Of a stretch of DNA of 64,000 nt, positions 1 to 12,793 are shown in pieces. A program made the translations under genes and the position numbers. The stretch is from Lytechinus pictus (taxonomy: Eukaryota). Each line of letters starts with the position of its first letter. Within the stretch, counting starts at the first letter, position 1. The DNA is taken from the NCBI RefSeq assembly GCF_037042905.1, contig NC_087246.1:28582001-28646000 (forward strand). The letters are read 5' to 3'. A model generated the notes under the pieces. It did no database searches. It was not told where the DNA came from and was given only the letters and a program-made list of their open reading frames with translations.

Positions 1-612
1 AACCTCGGATAAATAATTCCACTATATTTTCTCAAAGCCTGATATATTTGTTTACTGTAGGCTAGTGGCCAAAAAAGGCTTTATTATAAAGCCTATTTAT
101 TTAAAGCCAGGGCAGTATAATACTGCCCTGGGAGTGTGTTTAGCTTCCCGTAGGAGCTGTGGAAACATGTCACATTGATAGACCATCAACTGCCAGCTGC
201 CAGAAAATGTGAAGATACCTCTAAAGATACTCTAAACATAACTAAATGAACCACTCAAAATATGCAAGAACACTTGGAGCCAACTTAGCCTTGAGGACTC
301 TGTGATTATATTCTAAAATTATATACTTTTTCATGACGGAGCCTTGAAATAAGCATAAGCGAGACTTGAATACAAGGATGGATTTCCCAAGGAAATCCAT
401 ATTTAGAGGGTGAAATCGGTTTGTTTCTGTCTTGATTTTATTTATTTTATTTTATCTATGAACCTTCATTCACCTAATGCGTATGAAGGGATTAAAATAT
501 TGTTAGTATAAATATGAAAAATGAGAGTTTTTGACCAGACCGATCTCGTGTAGATCCCTCTGTCCATTCGTAAACACCGCAAATACAATAGGCTTGACCC
601 TTGAACCGCTTT

Positions 613-843
613 GTTATTATGTAGCTTCAATAAGCGAGTTACAAAATGCCGTTTCGAAGAACTATTTATAGATAAAAATTTTCATTTAACAAATAATCAA
701 ATATGAAACTTGATTATAAAAATTATTTATAATCAAGTTTCAAATTTTTATTAGGACCCTATTTGTTAAATAATAATTTTTATCTATAAATTGTTCTTCA
801 AAACGGCATTTTGTAACATTGCTTATCGAAGCTACGTCATAAC
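613..843. mobile_element. Foldback (palindromic) MITE
   Basis: Left arm gttattatgtagcttcaataagcgagttacaaaatgccgttt... is the near-perfect reverse complement of the right arm ...aaaacggcattttgtaacattgcttatcgaagctacgtcataac. Confidence 0.75.
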
Positions 844-851
844 TTTGTTAA

Positions 852-2323
852 AGTTGAATTAAGAAGACGATTCCAAATATTGAGATATTTACATTAATAG
901 CAACCTTACAACCCCCCAAACACTAAGAGGTGATTCGACCCCCCATTTTCTTTTTTCAAAATAGTGAATTTGAACGATTTATCCCTACCCATTTCCCCTG
1001 AGTTCGCTCCTGCAATGCCTACCGAGACGGGTGTTCTTTGAGTGTGACGTCACCGGGGGTATTCGGTCTCGGTGTAGTAAAACAAGGCAGTGCCGCTTTG
1101 TGTACTATGCACTTACGCCTTCATATGGAATAACTGCAGTTGAAGTTGTATCTGCGAGCCATAGAGCTTGCAAAGAGGAAATGATTAAAATATTTGTGGC
1201 CGTACTATTATTCCAAATATGTAAATTCCCTCAGAATGATACCATAGACCCTAAAGGAATAATTTCAAGGTGAATAATATGAAATTTGATCGAGATCTTC
1301 TCACCAGTCGATAACGTAGCAGACGTGTTATTATGACATATTTATCCGCGTGTGACGCGGCTCTTGCAAAAAAACACAGTTGGTTGCGGAATTGCTTTGT
1401 GCCGACCGGCCGCCCGCTCCGGCGCAGCTAGCTGTCGAGCTACCGTACCGCATACCTTTCTTGTTGTCTTCAACCATAGATATGTATACTAATTACTATA
1501 ATATCCCTCTGTCTTCAACTCACTTGCGAATTGCGTTTGTATGTGTGACGGTGACCCCTATAGCGTAATTAAATATAGAAAACAACTCAGAAGGCCGAGA
1601 AAGAATAATACGTTTGGTTCAAGATTGTTCTGTGGAATGAGCTATGAGTGGAAATGATCCAGAGGATATAAAAGTGGAGTCAAAGACAAAAGAAAAGAAG
1701 AAAAAACGCCAGGGGATCGCTGCACGGCCATGAACTAAGTCGACGTACCAGACCATAACAGTACACTCAATGCCTGGGTGTTGTGTCTACTAGTATTATG
1801 CGTTCAGCGCGCGCTGAGCGAGAGCTGAGCTAGCCGCCGGAATTACTTTCCAGCTATTCACTTGATTGAACATCGTGATAAAATAAATGAGAAATAGTGA
1901 AAATATCATTCAATAACTCACTGTTTGCTATCTTACATCATGATTGAAGAGTTCATGATGGTTATTCATACTGTTTTTTATACAGGGAAAGTAAAGATTT
2001 GTACATATCAGTCCTATTTGTTTGATTTGAGTTGCTTTGAAAAAAAATTGTAAAATATCTTTCTCTCTCTGCATAGCATTTCTGTATGACATTCAGGCAC
2101 CTCTTATACTAAATTCCCCCCGGTGACGTCACACTCCGAGTGGCTTTTCTGTACACTCGTCTCTCGGGCTCTGACAGGTGGCTAATTTCATAGACTTTCA
2201 AAGCAAAATATCGAGAAGGCAGAGGATTTTTGTGACATGCTATCTGTTTGAACAACTTATATATACTATATATTGTGTGTAGAACCTATATTTATGGAAA
2301 CTCACCCCCTTCTTAATTCAACT
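852..2323. mobile_element. Non-autonomous Kolobok-like DNA transposon
   Basis: 15-bp TIRs AGTTGAATTAAGAAG (852-866) and CTTCTTAATTCAACT (2309-2323), each flanked by TTAA; internal 20-bp inverted repeat gagtgtgacgtcaccggggg. Confidence 0.75.
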
Positions 2324-2629
2324 TTAAAGTGAATAGCCTAGGGCGTAGAGTAGATCTAGACCTATGGAGCAAGTTTTTCTTTGTTCAGTCTTTCAAGAAC
2401 GGTTTAGGCCCTAGATCTAGATCTATATAAAAACTAAGAAATATTTCTCTCAAATATGAGATTTTTGATTTGGCACACTTACTCAAGAATATAACTTATA
2501 TTATAAGGAACATTATTAACTAAATTTTCTCAAATACCGAAAAATCATGTCCTCATGATTAATATTAATCTAAACTAGATTTTAATTCGTCATGCGGACG
2601 AATTAGGTGGTCTGTCGTAGACAGACAAA

Positions 2630-3375
2630 TACTAGTAGATAAACATACATAATTATTTAACAAATGAGTAGATATAAGATTGAAAGATAAATATACAGTC
2701 AGATAGACATACATATTTAAACAGAAACACATAAGAAAGATAGATAAACATACATAGTAAATGAAACACATAAATATATATTAAATTGAAAGATAAATGG
2801 ATCGATAGACAGATAGACAAATTCAAACAGATAGATATACGATAGATAAATAGAACATAGCTAGATAGAAAATAGATAGATAGAGAGACAGACATACAGA
2901 TAGAGAGATAGAAAGAAAGATAGATAGTTAGATAAATATATCATGTAGGTAGATAGATAGATATAGATAGACAGACAGATATAGAGATAGAGAAAGAGCG
3001 AGAGACAGACAAATAGATTGATATAGAAAGATAGACATTTTCAAACAGATAGATATATATTAGAGAAATAGATAGATAGATGGATCGATACATAGATAGA
3101 CATATTTAAACAGATAGATATATATATATTAGACAGAGAGAGAGAGAGATCGATAGATAGACAGATAGATAGATATACTGTAGGTCTACAATATAGACAG
3201 ACAGACGTATGGATAGATAGATAGAGTGAGAGAGAGAGAGAGACATATTCAAACAGATAGATATATATTAGATAGAGAGATAGATAGATATGTCATGTCA
3301 GGTAGATAGATAGACAGACAGATAGATAGATTTTAACATAGACAGCGGATAGATAGACGGATATGATTAGATATC
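2630..3375. repeat. Degenerate (GATA/GACA/GAGA)n microsatellite
   Basis: Long imperfect tetranucleotide array. Confidence 0.9.
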
Positions 3376-3485
3376 AAAAAAGTAATTATAATCTGTTTTA
3401 TTTTGCAATATTTTAACTATTATTTATCAGAATTCTTATAATTGATCGTGCACAAGTAAAGAAAGAAAAAAAAAATGATAATCAT

Positions 3486-3560
3486 GTTCAACCGCGGACT
3501 CGAACCCCTGCCCGCATGATTGAATGAGATGCAAGTCTGACGCCTAACCGATTGAGCTAG
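3486..3560 (-). repeat. tRNA-derived (Pol III A/B box) sequence inside the Helentron-like element
   Basis: A box TAGCTCAATCGG and B box GGTTCGAGTCC; no clean anticodon arm. Confidence 0.55.
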
Positions 3561-6500
3561 AATATTTCCCATAGACTTTACACGTAAGGAAAATACGAGA
3601 ATCTCAAATCCAATTTTGCAAGTGAAATACGGGCATGATCCCGGCATCTGATCGAAAAATAAAGGCAACACTTCCGAAAGCTTAGAATCTCAGCTACCAC
3701 ATACTAAGAGCTCAGGGATAACTGACAAGAAAAAATGGAGATATGACTCACGAAATAAAGGAATGTAGAATCTAGTTTTGAGAAAAAGTCATGTCCCATA
3801 GAGATTACACGCAAAATGAGTAAAAATGACATGCCTTTATTATTTGCAATTTTTGAGGATGATTCGTTATTAAAATGAAAAATAAAGGGAATAATTCAGA
3901 AAGAGTAAGACCTAAGCTACAACATATAAAAAATTGGGCGAAATTTGATCAATATTCACGGAGTTAGAGCCAAATTTGCATAATTATAATGACGTCATAA
4001 CACGCAAAATGGATATTTTGACTTCCGACGCCATTTTGATGACGTCATAATATACGTTAGGGTCAAATGAGACATGAAATCATATGTATGATTCATATTC
4101 TATCGAAATATGAAAAAAAATTGGGGGTCCTCGTTTGTTCTGAAGAGCTACAGTGAATTTTTAATAGGCATGTTTTTGCCCATATAGAGCCTATGGAAAG
4201 AGCTCGCGCGCACGTGTGCTGCAAACTTTAATGGGTGCTCATTCCATCATTAATGATCGTAAAGAGCTTATCGAGGTATCAATTTGATCAGAATTATATC
4301 AATAATAGATACTCATAGAAAAAACAGCGAATTTATGCTACGTAACGCCGTTACGCACGAAAACTTGAAATGCTTGAAATGCTTAAAAAATCTTGAAATG
4401 CTTAAAATGACCTGAAACGTACCCCAAAAAAAATTATGGGCCATTTGGAGATTTTTTTTAGCTTTGACGCGCGCGTCATGACCTTTGATGACATTGACAG
4501 ACGACCTTTGACCTAAAGTTTATTTGATGTGAATATGATTGACTATCGATTATCACTCTAGGCGACACCCCAATACTTACCCGTGCTAATAAACTGGGAC
4601 TCCACTCACGCGCATTTGGGCCGCCCTAGCTTAGAACTAAGCTTTGTTTTACTAAAAAATAAATCTTGTAATGATTCAATAAATGTTACTTAATAAATTA
4701 GTACTGTTAAATCGGTACTCACCGGTTCTTTTCTTGAATTTTCTGGCAATTTCCCACGCTTCTGGCTTCAATTCTGCGGCTGTTCCTGTCGCGGTAGACA
4801 GCTACATATGCAACTTTATTTATAAATAGAGCGCCCTTTACGATAGTTGTTAAGAACGCGGCCAAATTGTTAGGTTTTTTGCACTGTGTCCAAGGCGTTT
4901 TTATTTTGTTTGATTTTTTATTTTTAATAAATATTTTGTTAAATAGCGATTTTTACGTCAAATATTAAATTCATATCACAAAATATTTTTAATTGTAGAA
5001 ATATATATAATATCATGCAATTATTCATTCTATATATATTTTATTATAAAATTTATAATTGTTGCGGTCTTTAAAAAAGGATAGTCGATTGATCAGGTGA
5101 TGACCACACGTATCACGTGATCTGAAAATCAGCTTGATACCGCTTTGATCGCACTCGACGGTGACCGGACTGACTGCCAAAAAAAGAACGAAAAATGACT
5201 CAAATGTAAGTTTCCCTTTATTTTATTAAATTCAAATTAGGAATAGGAATATATTTAATGGGCAATCTTTTAATAAATGATAAACAAACGAGGACAAAAC
5301 TCATATTTTGGGAGTAATATCATACTTGGGTGCAGGAAACAGTACGTTTAGAAGTTCTAACCTGTTTTTAACGCATTGTCGCCTATGAGGTCCATACATG
5401 TTAATGTTTGGACCTCATTGGTAGGATGGGGGATCGGGTGTCCGGACAGTTTATATTTTTTCGGCCTTCTTTTTTGTCTTTGGATTGCACTAAAAATATG
5501 AATTCGATAGTTGTAATCATCTTCTATTTTGTTCTCTATAATATTTCCTAACATTTTGTAATAACATTTGATGAAACTTCACTTGTAAATTTTTCCAAAT
5601 GATTTTCTAAATTGATCGTCCGGACACACAACAACTGGGTATACTATTACTAGGAGTGATCGATTATCAGTTATGTAGATATGATCAAATTAATAATTTT
5701 ACAAAATGGCGGGTAGCTGACGTCATCATGACCAGGTGACCTTGAAAAGCTACGTATGCCGTCTCTATGATGGACTCTATACATGACAAAAATTCAGCAA
5801 AATTGATCTAGCCGATTCGGAGAAAACTTGGCGACAAACATAGGTGCGAAAAATAAATAAATAAATAAAGAAAGAAAGAAAGAAAGAAAATTCTGACGAA
5901 ATTAAGAGGTGATCTGTCATAGACAGACCACCTAATTATAAGGTGCGCAGATATAGGGCCCCTTCATCATACAGTCAGATTAGTTATTCAGATTACATAC
6001 AAAGCTTTGAGTTTGGTCCACTCCAAGGTAAGATCATCTAGATTAGTCCCAAATTGCAGTCCCACTAATACAATTTTATGTTTGTTCAGCCTGAATTTAA
6101 GTTGGTTTTGATGTTTTTCAACAATACAGTGAATGTAGGCTAGACTTTGTTTGAAAGTGGTGTAGCTAGTCTTGGTAAAAAAAAAACTAAAATTATACAT
6201 TACTGAAATTCATTAGTCCAAAATACAAAAAAAAAAACTCACCTAATAAACTTCCCCTCTTATCTGAGTGTAACATTCGGAATCGGAGCTAGGCCTACGT
6301 CAAAAGCGTCGTTCGTTTCCGTGGCTCCGCAAAAAGTAGATTCCGGTAACCGCGGATGGGGGGGGGGGGGGGGGGGGTACAACTTACAGGTAAACAGGAA
6401 TGACCGTCTCTTGGGATTTAATTCCCGGATTTATTATTTTTTTTTAAATGACGTTTGACTATTTCCATCACATGAACTAGTCGAAACTCGAAATTCTAGT

Positions 6501-7481
6501 AGAAATAACAAAATTGAGATACAAGTGAAGTTGCATGACAATAAAAATTGTTCAATATAGGGCCTATATATCCCGGGCCTAAATGGCAAGCATATTGTAG
6601 TGAATTGTAGTAATCAAGATCCATAATATAATCAACAGACAACATAGTTTGCATGAAAATAAATATATTTGTATAGTGTATAAATAGTAATATATCTAGA
6701 CAGTATAGATTTTTATTTATATATTTATCAATTCATTTATTTACTTTTTTTTTGGGGGGGGGGGAGGGAGGCAATATATCCTACAGTCTTTCAAATGCAC
6801 CGACTCACTATAACACCACACCCATTATAATATCGATTGTATAACCACTACAGACAATCATATCAGTTAGCAAAACTACTTTTGTTCCATATTGAAATAG
6901 GTCGCCTCTTTAAACAAGCGTCAAAAATCATTGATAAGTGCTATGATAAATGCACAACATGTCATCATTCCACAGTATTATAAGAACCGATTACATATTT
7001 GACAGCTCTTATCCAGATCAATAAAAATCGTTATGTACACACTTGAAATGTTGGGCAAAATACTATCCACTGTGTTGGGAAATGTATGTTAGTAAAAAAT
7101 ATATATATTCTGGGCTATTATTATCTAATTGAGCAAGTCTATTACCCAAATATTAGTTTTTATTACCCAATTTGGACAGATTTTAACCAATTCCTACTGT
7201 TGTGTGGCAAGTATGTTGCCCAGTGATGGTTAAAATTTGGTCTTTTTTGCCCAACCTTTTTAAGAGGTTAAATATTAAGACAATGATGCTCTGTGTATGT
7301 AGTTTAAGTATTCAACTTTATTTCCATGAAAAGTTGCACTTACAATCTTTTAAAAAAAATCAAAGCTATTCAATAAGTTAATTTGAATGTAGTAATTAAA
7401 CCGTTGAATGAATAAAGTAAACCGTGAAAAAAATCCTGTGATAGTTGATATTCCGGCCCTAAAATGGAACATTTTATAAAG

Positions 7482-7616
7482 CAGGGGCGGATCCAGGATT
7501 TTTCAAAAGGGGGAGGGGGACAGAATTTCCCGAGGAAAAAAGGTCCTCGCTTTCAAGGGGGGGGGGGGGTGCGGCAAGGGCCGACTGTGCCCCTCCATCC
7601 CCTGGATCAGCCAGTG
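7482..7616. mobile_element. Short GGCGGATCC-family MITE with poly-G core
   Basis: caggggcggatccagg ... cctggatcagccagtg; same family as 57305-57524. Confidence 0.65.
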
Positions 7617-8547
7617 ATTTTAAGTATGTTTTTGAGAGATCGAGAACAAGATGCGTATCTCTAGAAGCGCTATATACTATAAAAAAATTAGACCGGGGGG
7701 GGGGGGGGGTTTAAGACCTAATGATAGGACATTCTACAGACTTTTGTAATCATTGAATAACTTAAGTATTACATTTTATTCAATCTAGCTTATCTACAAA
7801 ATAATGTGTAATATCTCTAGGGTATCAACTGTTTCTTCATCAAATTTCCTTAAACATACATACTCTTGATGCATTTCACATTGAAAATTGCCGTTTCTTT
7901 TGACATTATTTTTTAACTTATTTTCAATTTATATCAATGTTTCTAATTCACTCAAAGTAATGTGCTCTATACAACCATGACATGTTTTTAATTAATTCAA
8001 TCACATTTGGCATATTGACCTTAATAAACCATTTATTTTCTCTTATTTTTTTATATTTATCTTTTTGACCATTTGCTTCTGTATTTGAAGTAAAAAATAG
8101 TAGAAACTAATGAATTATATTATTTTATCAGTCGCAGTTGGCATTTTATCTATGTTAAATTAACCCATTATATGTGTCTTACCTTTGCACACTAATACTA
8201 TTTCTTTCATTTTTTTGTAAATTGAACATTTTGAGCCTGTGAGCCACCTGTTTCATTTTTTAATAAGCCAATTCAATTCAATATTATTAAATTGAGAAAA
8301 GGAAAATAATGTCACCTTCCCCCTTCTCCTTAATTGTCTTCCCCTTGTAACATTGAATCTCCCCTGTGTATGTCTATTTAGATCAAGAAATCTCTGAAGT
8401 AAGTTGAAATTAATATAAACATGATTATCAGAACTTAAGTAAAATTCTGTAAAGAACGCAAATAATCAAAAACACAATTGAGTGCAATAAGGTTGAATTG
8501 CCTCGAGTGTGTCTTCTGTGCTCATTATATTCGAGGATTCCCCGGTG

Positions 8548-8555
8548 TTAATTAG
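8548..8555 (-). CDS. Gene A terminal coding exon (A-N-stop)
   Basis: Strong polypyrimidine acceptor ttttcccatttctttcatttccttttcag, then (G)CT AAT TAA in phase 1. Confidence 0.6.
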
Positions 8556-11500
8556 CTGAAAAGGAAATGAAAGAAATGGGAAAAATCATGATGATCGGAT
8601 TTTTTGCTTAATGGAAAAATTCTGACTGAAAAAGAAATAACTAAACACCTGTGTCAAGAAATCATGAAAAAGTGCTTTAGAAGTGTATGTATGGTAATAC
8701 AGAGCAAATTTTTTTTTTTCTATATATACGGTTACGGAAATAGAGTACTGGCCATTGGTTTAGATATCATTAGATATCTCCTTGAGCTACAATGTCTAAA
8801 CTACGACAAATACATGTATAAGAAGAGATTTGCTTGACTCATAACGTCTTAACTGGGATATAAGATTAGCTTGACCCATAACATCGTAAATACGATATAA
8901 GGAGAGACCCATAAACGCCATGACTACGATGAAATAGAGATTAGCTTGACATAATTATAACCATGATAACAACTCAACGATTTTAGAAGAGGTATTCCGT
9001 ACTCTTATACTAGTACATGACCCTGAATGTCTCACCTACGATGTAAGAAGAGGGATGTTTGACCCAGAGTATTTACTTATGAGATACATAATAATGACAT
9101 GGAATGTCTTACCTCCGATATAAGAAGAAGTCTGCTTGACCCAGAACGTTGAGAAATATTTCACAAACGTCGCCCTAAAAGGTAACAAGTACATTCTCCA
9201 AATAACTCCTTAAAACAAATGCATGAATATTCACCGGCACGAACGGTGCTTAATTTTTTTTGTCGCTGGAATGACATTCATTACCCCCCCCCATTGGCGG
9301 CGGAAGCCAAAAAAATTAGGGGTGGCCCACCTGAAATTTTTGGATGGACAGAGGGAAAAAAATTGACAAGCCCCCCAAAAAAGGTTATCAACCTAAATTT
9401 TAGGAGGGGATCGCGGAAATTTTTGACAAGCAAAAAAAAAAAAAAAAGTCATCAACCTAAATTTTAGGGGGGACCACAAACATTTCAGGGGGAGCCCACG
9501 TGAATTCAAGGGGGGGGGGGGGGGCGGAGGAAACAAAATTGACAAGCAAAAAAAAAATCAACAAAAAATTTAGGGGGGACTGTCCCCCCCCCACCTCAAA
9601 TTTAGGGGGGGGACAGGTCCCCCCCCCCGTCCCCCCGCTTCCGCCGCCTATGCCCCCCACAAATTCAAGAAAAATGAAAATAATGCAAGGATGAATGGAA
9701 TTTTATTACGGCAATATCCATATCAATTTTAATTGATAAAGGTATCACTCATCAGTTATCACTATCTATTACTGATGTCTGCATATGCATGTGTAGACAG
9801 TTATAATTTGTCTACGACTCAAAATCTGCGGTTTGTTCATTGTTGTTGTTTATTCATCTTCATGATCTAAGCTAAACCCCCTTTACGTCCATCCTAGATA
9901 CCCACTACTTTCTGATTATAAAATTAACTATTAAAAGATTCAAAGATAAACGGAAATGTATTTTAAGAAATGTTAGCAATAACCAAGCAATCATGGCTTA
10001 CAGTGTAAGTCACTAAAAGGTAATGACTCAAAAATGTGTTTTTAGCGTACTCCCGTGTTTGGTGTAAACGTTTATTATGATACGATCAAAGCTAGGTTCA
10101 AACATTGGCATTTCACAGCAAATTTGTTTATCAAATCATCAGTTCTATACTGTTTTTCAAAGCTGAAAATGAAAAAGAGGTGAGTTCAGCTTGAAAAGAA
10201 GTTAGGGAACATAGTTTTTTTCAAATTTTCTTCCCAAATCCTTCCTTTACATTCCCTTGAGGAGGCCTATCCATCTTTATATTCAATTTGTTTAGTCTGA
10301 TACACCCCTGCTATTCTTTTGTTCTCTCTTCCGCCTTCATGAGTTTCCTGATTTGCACTTACACAACGTAAACGTCACCAAGATTTGAATCTTGTGGTGC
10401 GTTCCACGTGAACGTGTTGGTGGCCCCTTTATCATTCCCATTTGCATGTGTAACGGCATCAGGGTTCCCGTCACACGATATGGTTTTGAAATTAGCAGTA
10501 TGCACTGTCCATGTACCAACGACATCATCGCTGTCCTTGCTACGCATCTGCATCAGAATTCCTTTGAATCCCGACGAAACAGTGGATGTGACAGTGACTG
10601 TAACAATTAATAAAGTTTGCACACAAAAAACAAAACAAATCACCTTCCGAATATTTTCGGGACTTTGAGAATTTCGAGTCCATGACTTCCAACAATGTAT
10701 GCTTACTTTTATGATAAGCAACTCGTTATGTTGGCACACTAGTTACCAGAGGTATTGGCATATTATTTAAACTGAAATATTGTCTTTCCCAAAGATCACT
10801 ATTTATGCTGTACGATTCTTTTATTTTCATATATCATATTGCAATATATTGTGGGGGTTAATAGCAATAAAACGAAAATATACTCAATTCTGCGCCTCCA
10901 GAAGAAAGCACTCCGCATTTGTTCCCACTCGCATTTTTTTGCACATACTGATCCTATTTATCGAATATTAAAACAAATTTACGACATTCATACTTGCCAA
11001 AATGAGATTATTATGTACAAATTCTCAACCAAATCTATACCTACACCCTTTAAAGATAATACAATAGCAACATTCATCTATATACACGTCACTCATCAAA
11101 CATTCACATAACAAACCCGAAAACAATATTAGCACACAAAACCGATCAGACATCACTGCCCAAATATTTGGAATGATTTGCCTAATGATATTAAACTCAC
11201 TATCTTTTCTTTCAAAGCTTCATTAAAAAAGTATTTTCATCCAAGTATTCTTAAATATCTCGCCTGCACTTTCACCCACTTGCACACACACGCACACTCC
11301 ATTTCTTTTCTTTCTCCTTTACCATGTTTACTGATGATTTGTACAGTCAGATTTTTCTTCTAGACCTAAGCAATATAATTGGTTTCCATAGCCCTTTTCC
11401 CTTTTGGCTACTATTACTCAAGTATTTATTTTGCTTATATAGTTTGCCACTGCATATTTTTTTCATTACTTCGTCTTATGCATACATTTTTTGTATTTTT

Positions 11501-12793
11501 ATAAAACCATATTTCAGTACTTGGCGTAGTTTATAGTTTTGTTATTACAATATATTAATGTTTTATGCTAACAATAGGACCCCATTGGAAATAAGCCTTT
11601 CGGCTTTCATGGGCTATCCTGTCAAGGTATTCTTCAATTTCATTGTAATCTCCTGTGATATTCTTGACGAATAAAATCAATCAATCAATCGATTAAATGT
11701 ATTTATGAATAAGTTTTGTTATTATTCTGTTGTAAATTTATCACATTGCTATTAACTTTAATATCATTCTACGATTATGTTTACGTATTGTAAATTTATT
11801 TTGACTTTACAACAAATGCAGAAACTCCTGCAAAAAAAATCACTATGTGCCAAACGTTTTCAAGGAACAGAATAGTGATTGGTTTATCAAGTATTCCTTC
11901 GTTATACAGTTTACAACTGATGGCAGATCCTCACACAAATTCTTACGTTTATTTTTTCATATGAATATTTTGAACACAATAGGCACATTTGTAAAACAAA
12001 AATTCACTAGTTACTTTCTATAAATCACCTTTTTATTGATGAATCACACAACTAACTTATACAAATTAATCAATTATTAATTAAAAAAAAATCAAATATT
12101 AGTAAAGCAATAAATTAATTAATAAGAGACCCATAAAGGATAACCGTTCTTAGCGAACAAGACGCAGGGGTAACACAACATAACAGTCCAACAAATACAT
12201 GTAAGAAACATGATTGTAAACAGATAAAAAAAAACATGAATAATAAGCAAGTAAATTCATTGCATAACAATGATATTGAAGAAATCATCAATACTAAATC
12301 ATGTACGTTTGATTACGCTTCTACATTGTAATGGTCATAAGTCTAACCGAGCAGCTTAATGATTGTGAAGTATTTGGCTGTAACAAAGAAGATGGGGGAA
12401 ATCGTGAGTAACATGCAGATAGACAAAGAAAGAGAGAGAGAGAGGGGGGGGGGAAGGAGCGGGGTGGGGGGGGGGAGATAGAAAGATGGGATGGATGTCA
12501 GTGCATGGAGCTATGTTGACGAACGATGTCGTGTGTCGTGCTCCCCCCAAAAAAAAAAAATAATAATACCCCCTCCATAAAAAGCTTGAAAAGTGTAACC
12601 CACCAGATAAGGTCCCTCCAGGTAGGTACTTATCACTTGATGTCGTGATGGAATAAGGACTACCCTCGGTCTGTGGCAACACGGAGTGACCAGGCACCAT
12701 GGTGTCACATTTTAAAACAGGAGCGCCGAAGGGATATCCGCTGGTCTCTATGGCAACCAAGAAGACGAAGGCTACTGTCCTTGCAATCTTCAT
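8548..12793 (-). CDS. Gene A: secreted Reeler-domain-only protein (putative defense-protein-like), ~164 aa, 4 coding exons
   Basis: complement(join(12793..12604,10597..10363,9174..9113,8555..8548)); GT-AG introns of phase 1,2,1. Signal peptide MKIARTVAFVFLVAIETSG, then YPFGAP..CDTMVPGH..SPY / FKGILMQ..VGTW..C..AVTH..FTWNAP / ATFV..FWV, the typical Reeler motifs. Confidence 0.85.
9113..9174 (-). CDS. Gene A exon: Reeler C-terminal part
   Basis: ttttag|G; ATFVKYFSTFWVKQTSSYIG; donor gtaaga; 62 nt, same length as the gene B homolog. Confidence 0.9.
9292..9652. mobile_element. hAT-like MITE with poly-G/poly-C core
   Basis: TIR cattggcggcggaagc / gcttccgccgcctatg; flanks cccccccc / ccccccac (8-bp TSD-like). 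Confidence 0.7.
10363..10597 (-). CDS. Gene A exon: Reeler core
   Basis: ttacag|TC; TVTSTVSSGFKGILMQMR...VGTW...CDGNPDAVTHAN...FTWNAP; donor gtaagt; 235 nt. Confidence 0.92.
10750..11690 (+). mobile_element. 5'-truncated, degenerate CR1/L2-group LINE 3' end
   Basis: Frameshifted ORF2 C-terminal pieces YCNILWG, LRLQKKALRICSHSHFFAHTDPI, IWNDLPNDIK; ends in AATAAA(ATCA)n. Confidence 0.75.
12604..12793 (-). CDS. Gene A exon: signal peptide + Reeler N-terminal part
   Basis: MKIART...YPFGAPVLKCDTMVPGH...YLPGGTLS; donor G|gtgggt; 190 nt, ends in phase 1. Confidence 0.88.

Larger units (their letters stand above)
2575..5937 (-). mobile_element. Non-autonomous Helentron/HINE (DINE-1-like) element
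   Basis: Minus-strand 5' end TTAGGTGGTCTGTC..GACAGATCACCT followed by (TTTC)n(TTTA)n; 3' subTIR GACAGACCACCT, hairpin AATTCGTC-CGCAT-GACGAATT and terminal CTAG|TT. Confidence 0.72.

Noticed and set aside
2565-2895. ORFs with YLS/ICL repeats
   Set aside because: Translation of the (GATA)n microsatellite.
3486-3560. Functional tRNA gene on the minus strand
   Set aside because: A and B boxes are present, but the anticodon/variable region does not fold canonically and it lies inside a transposon.
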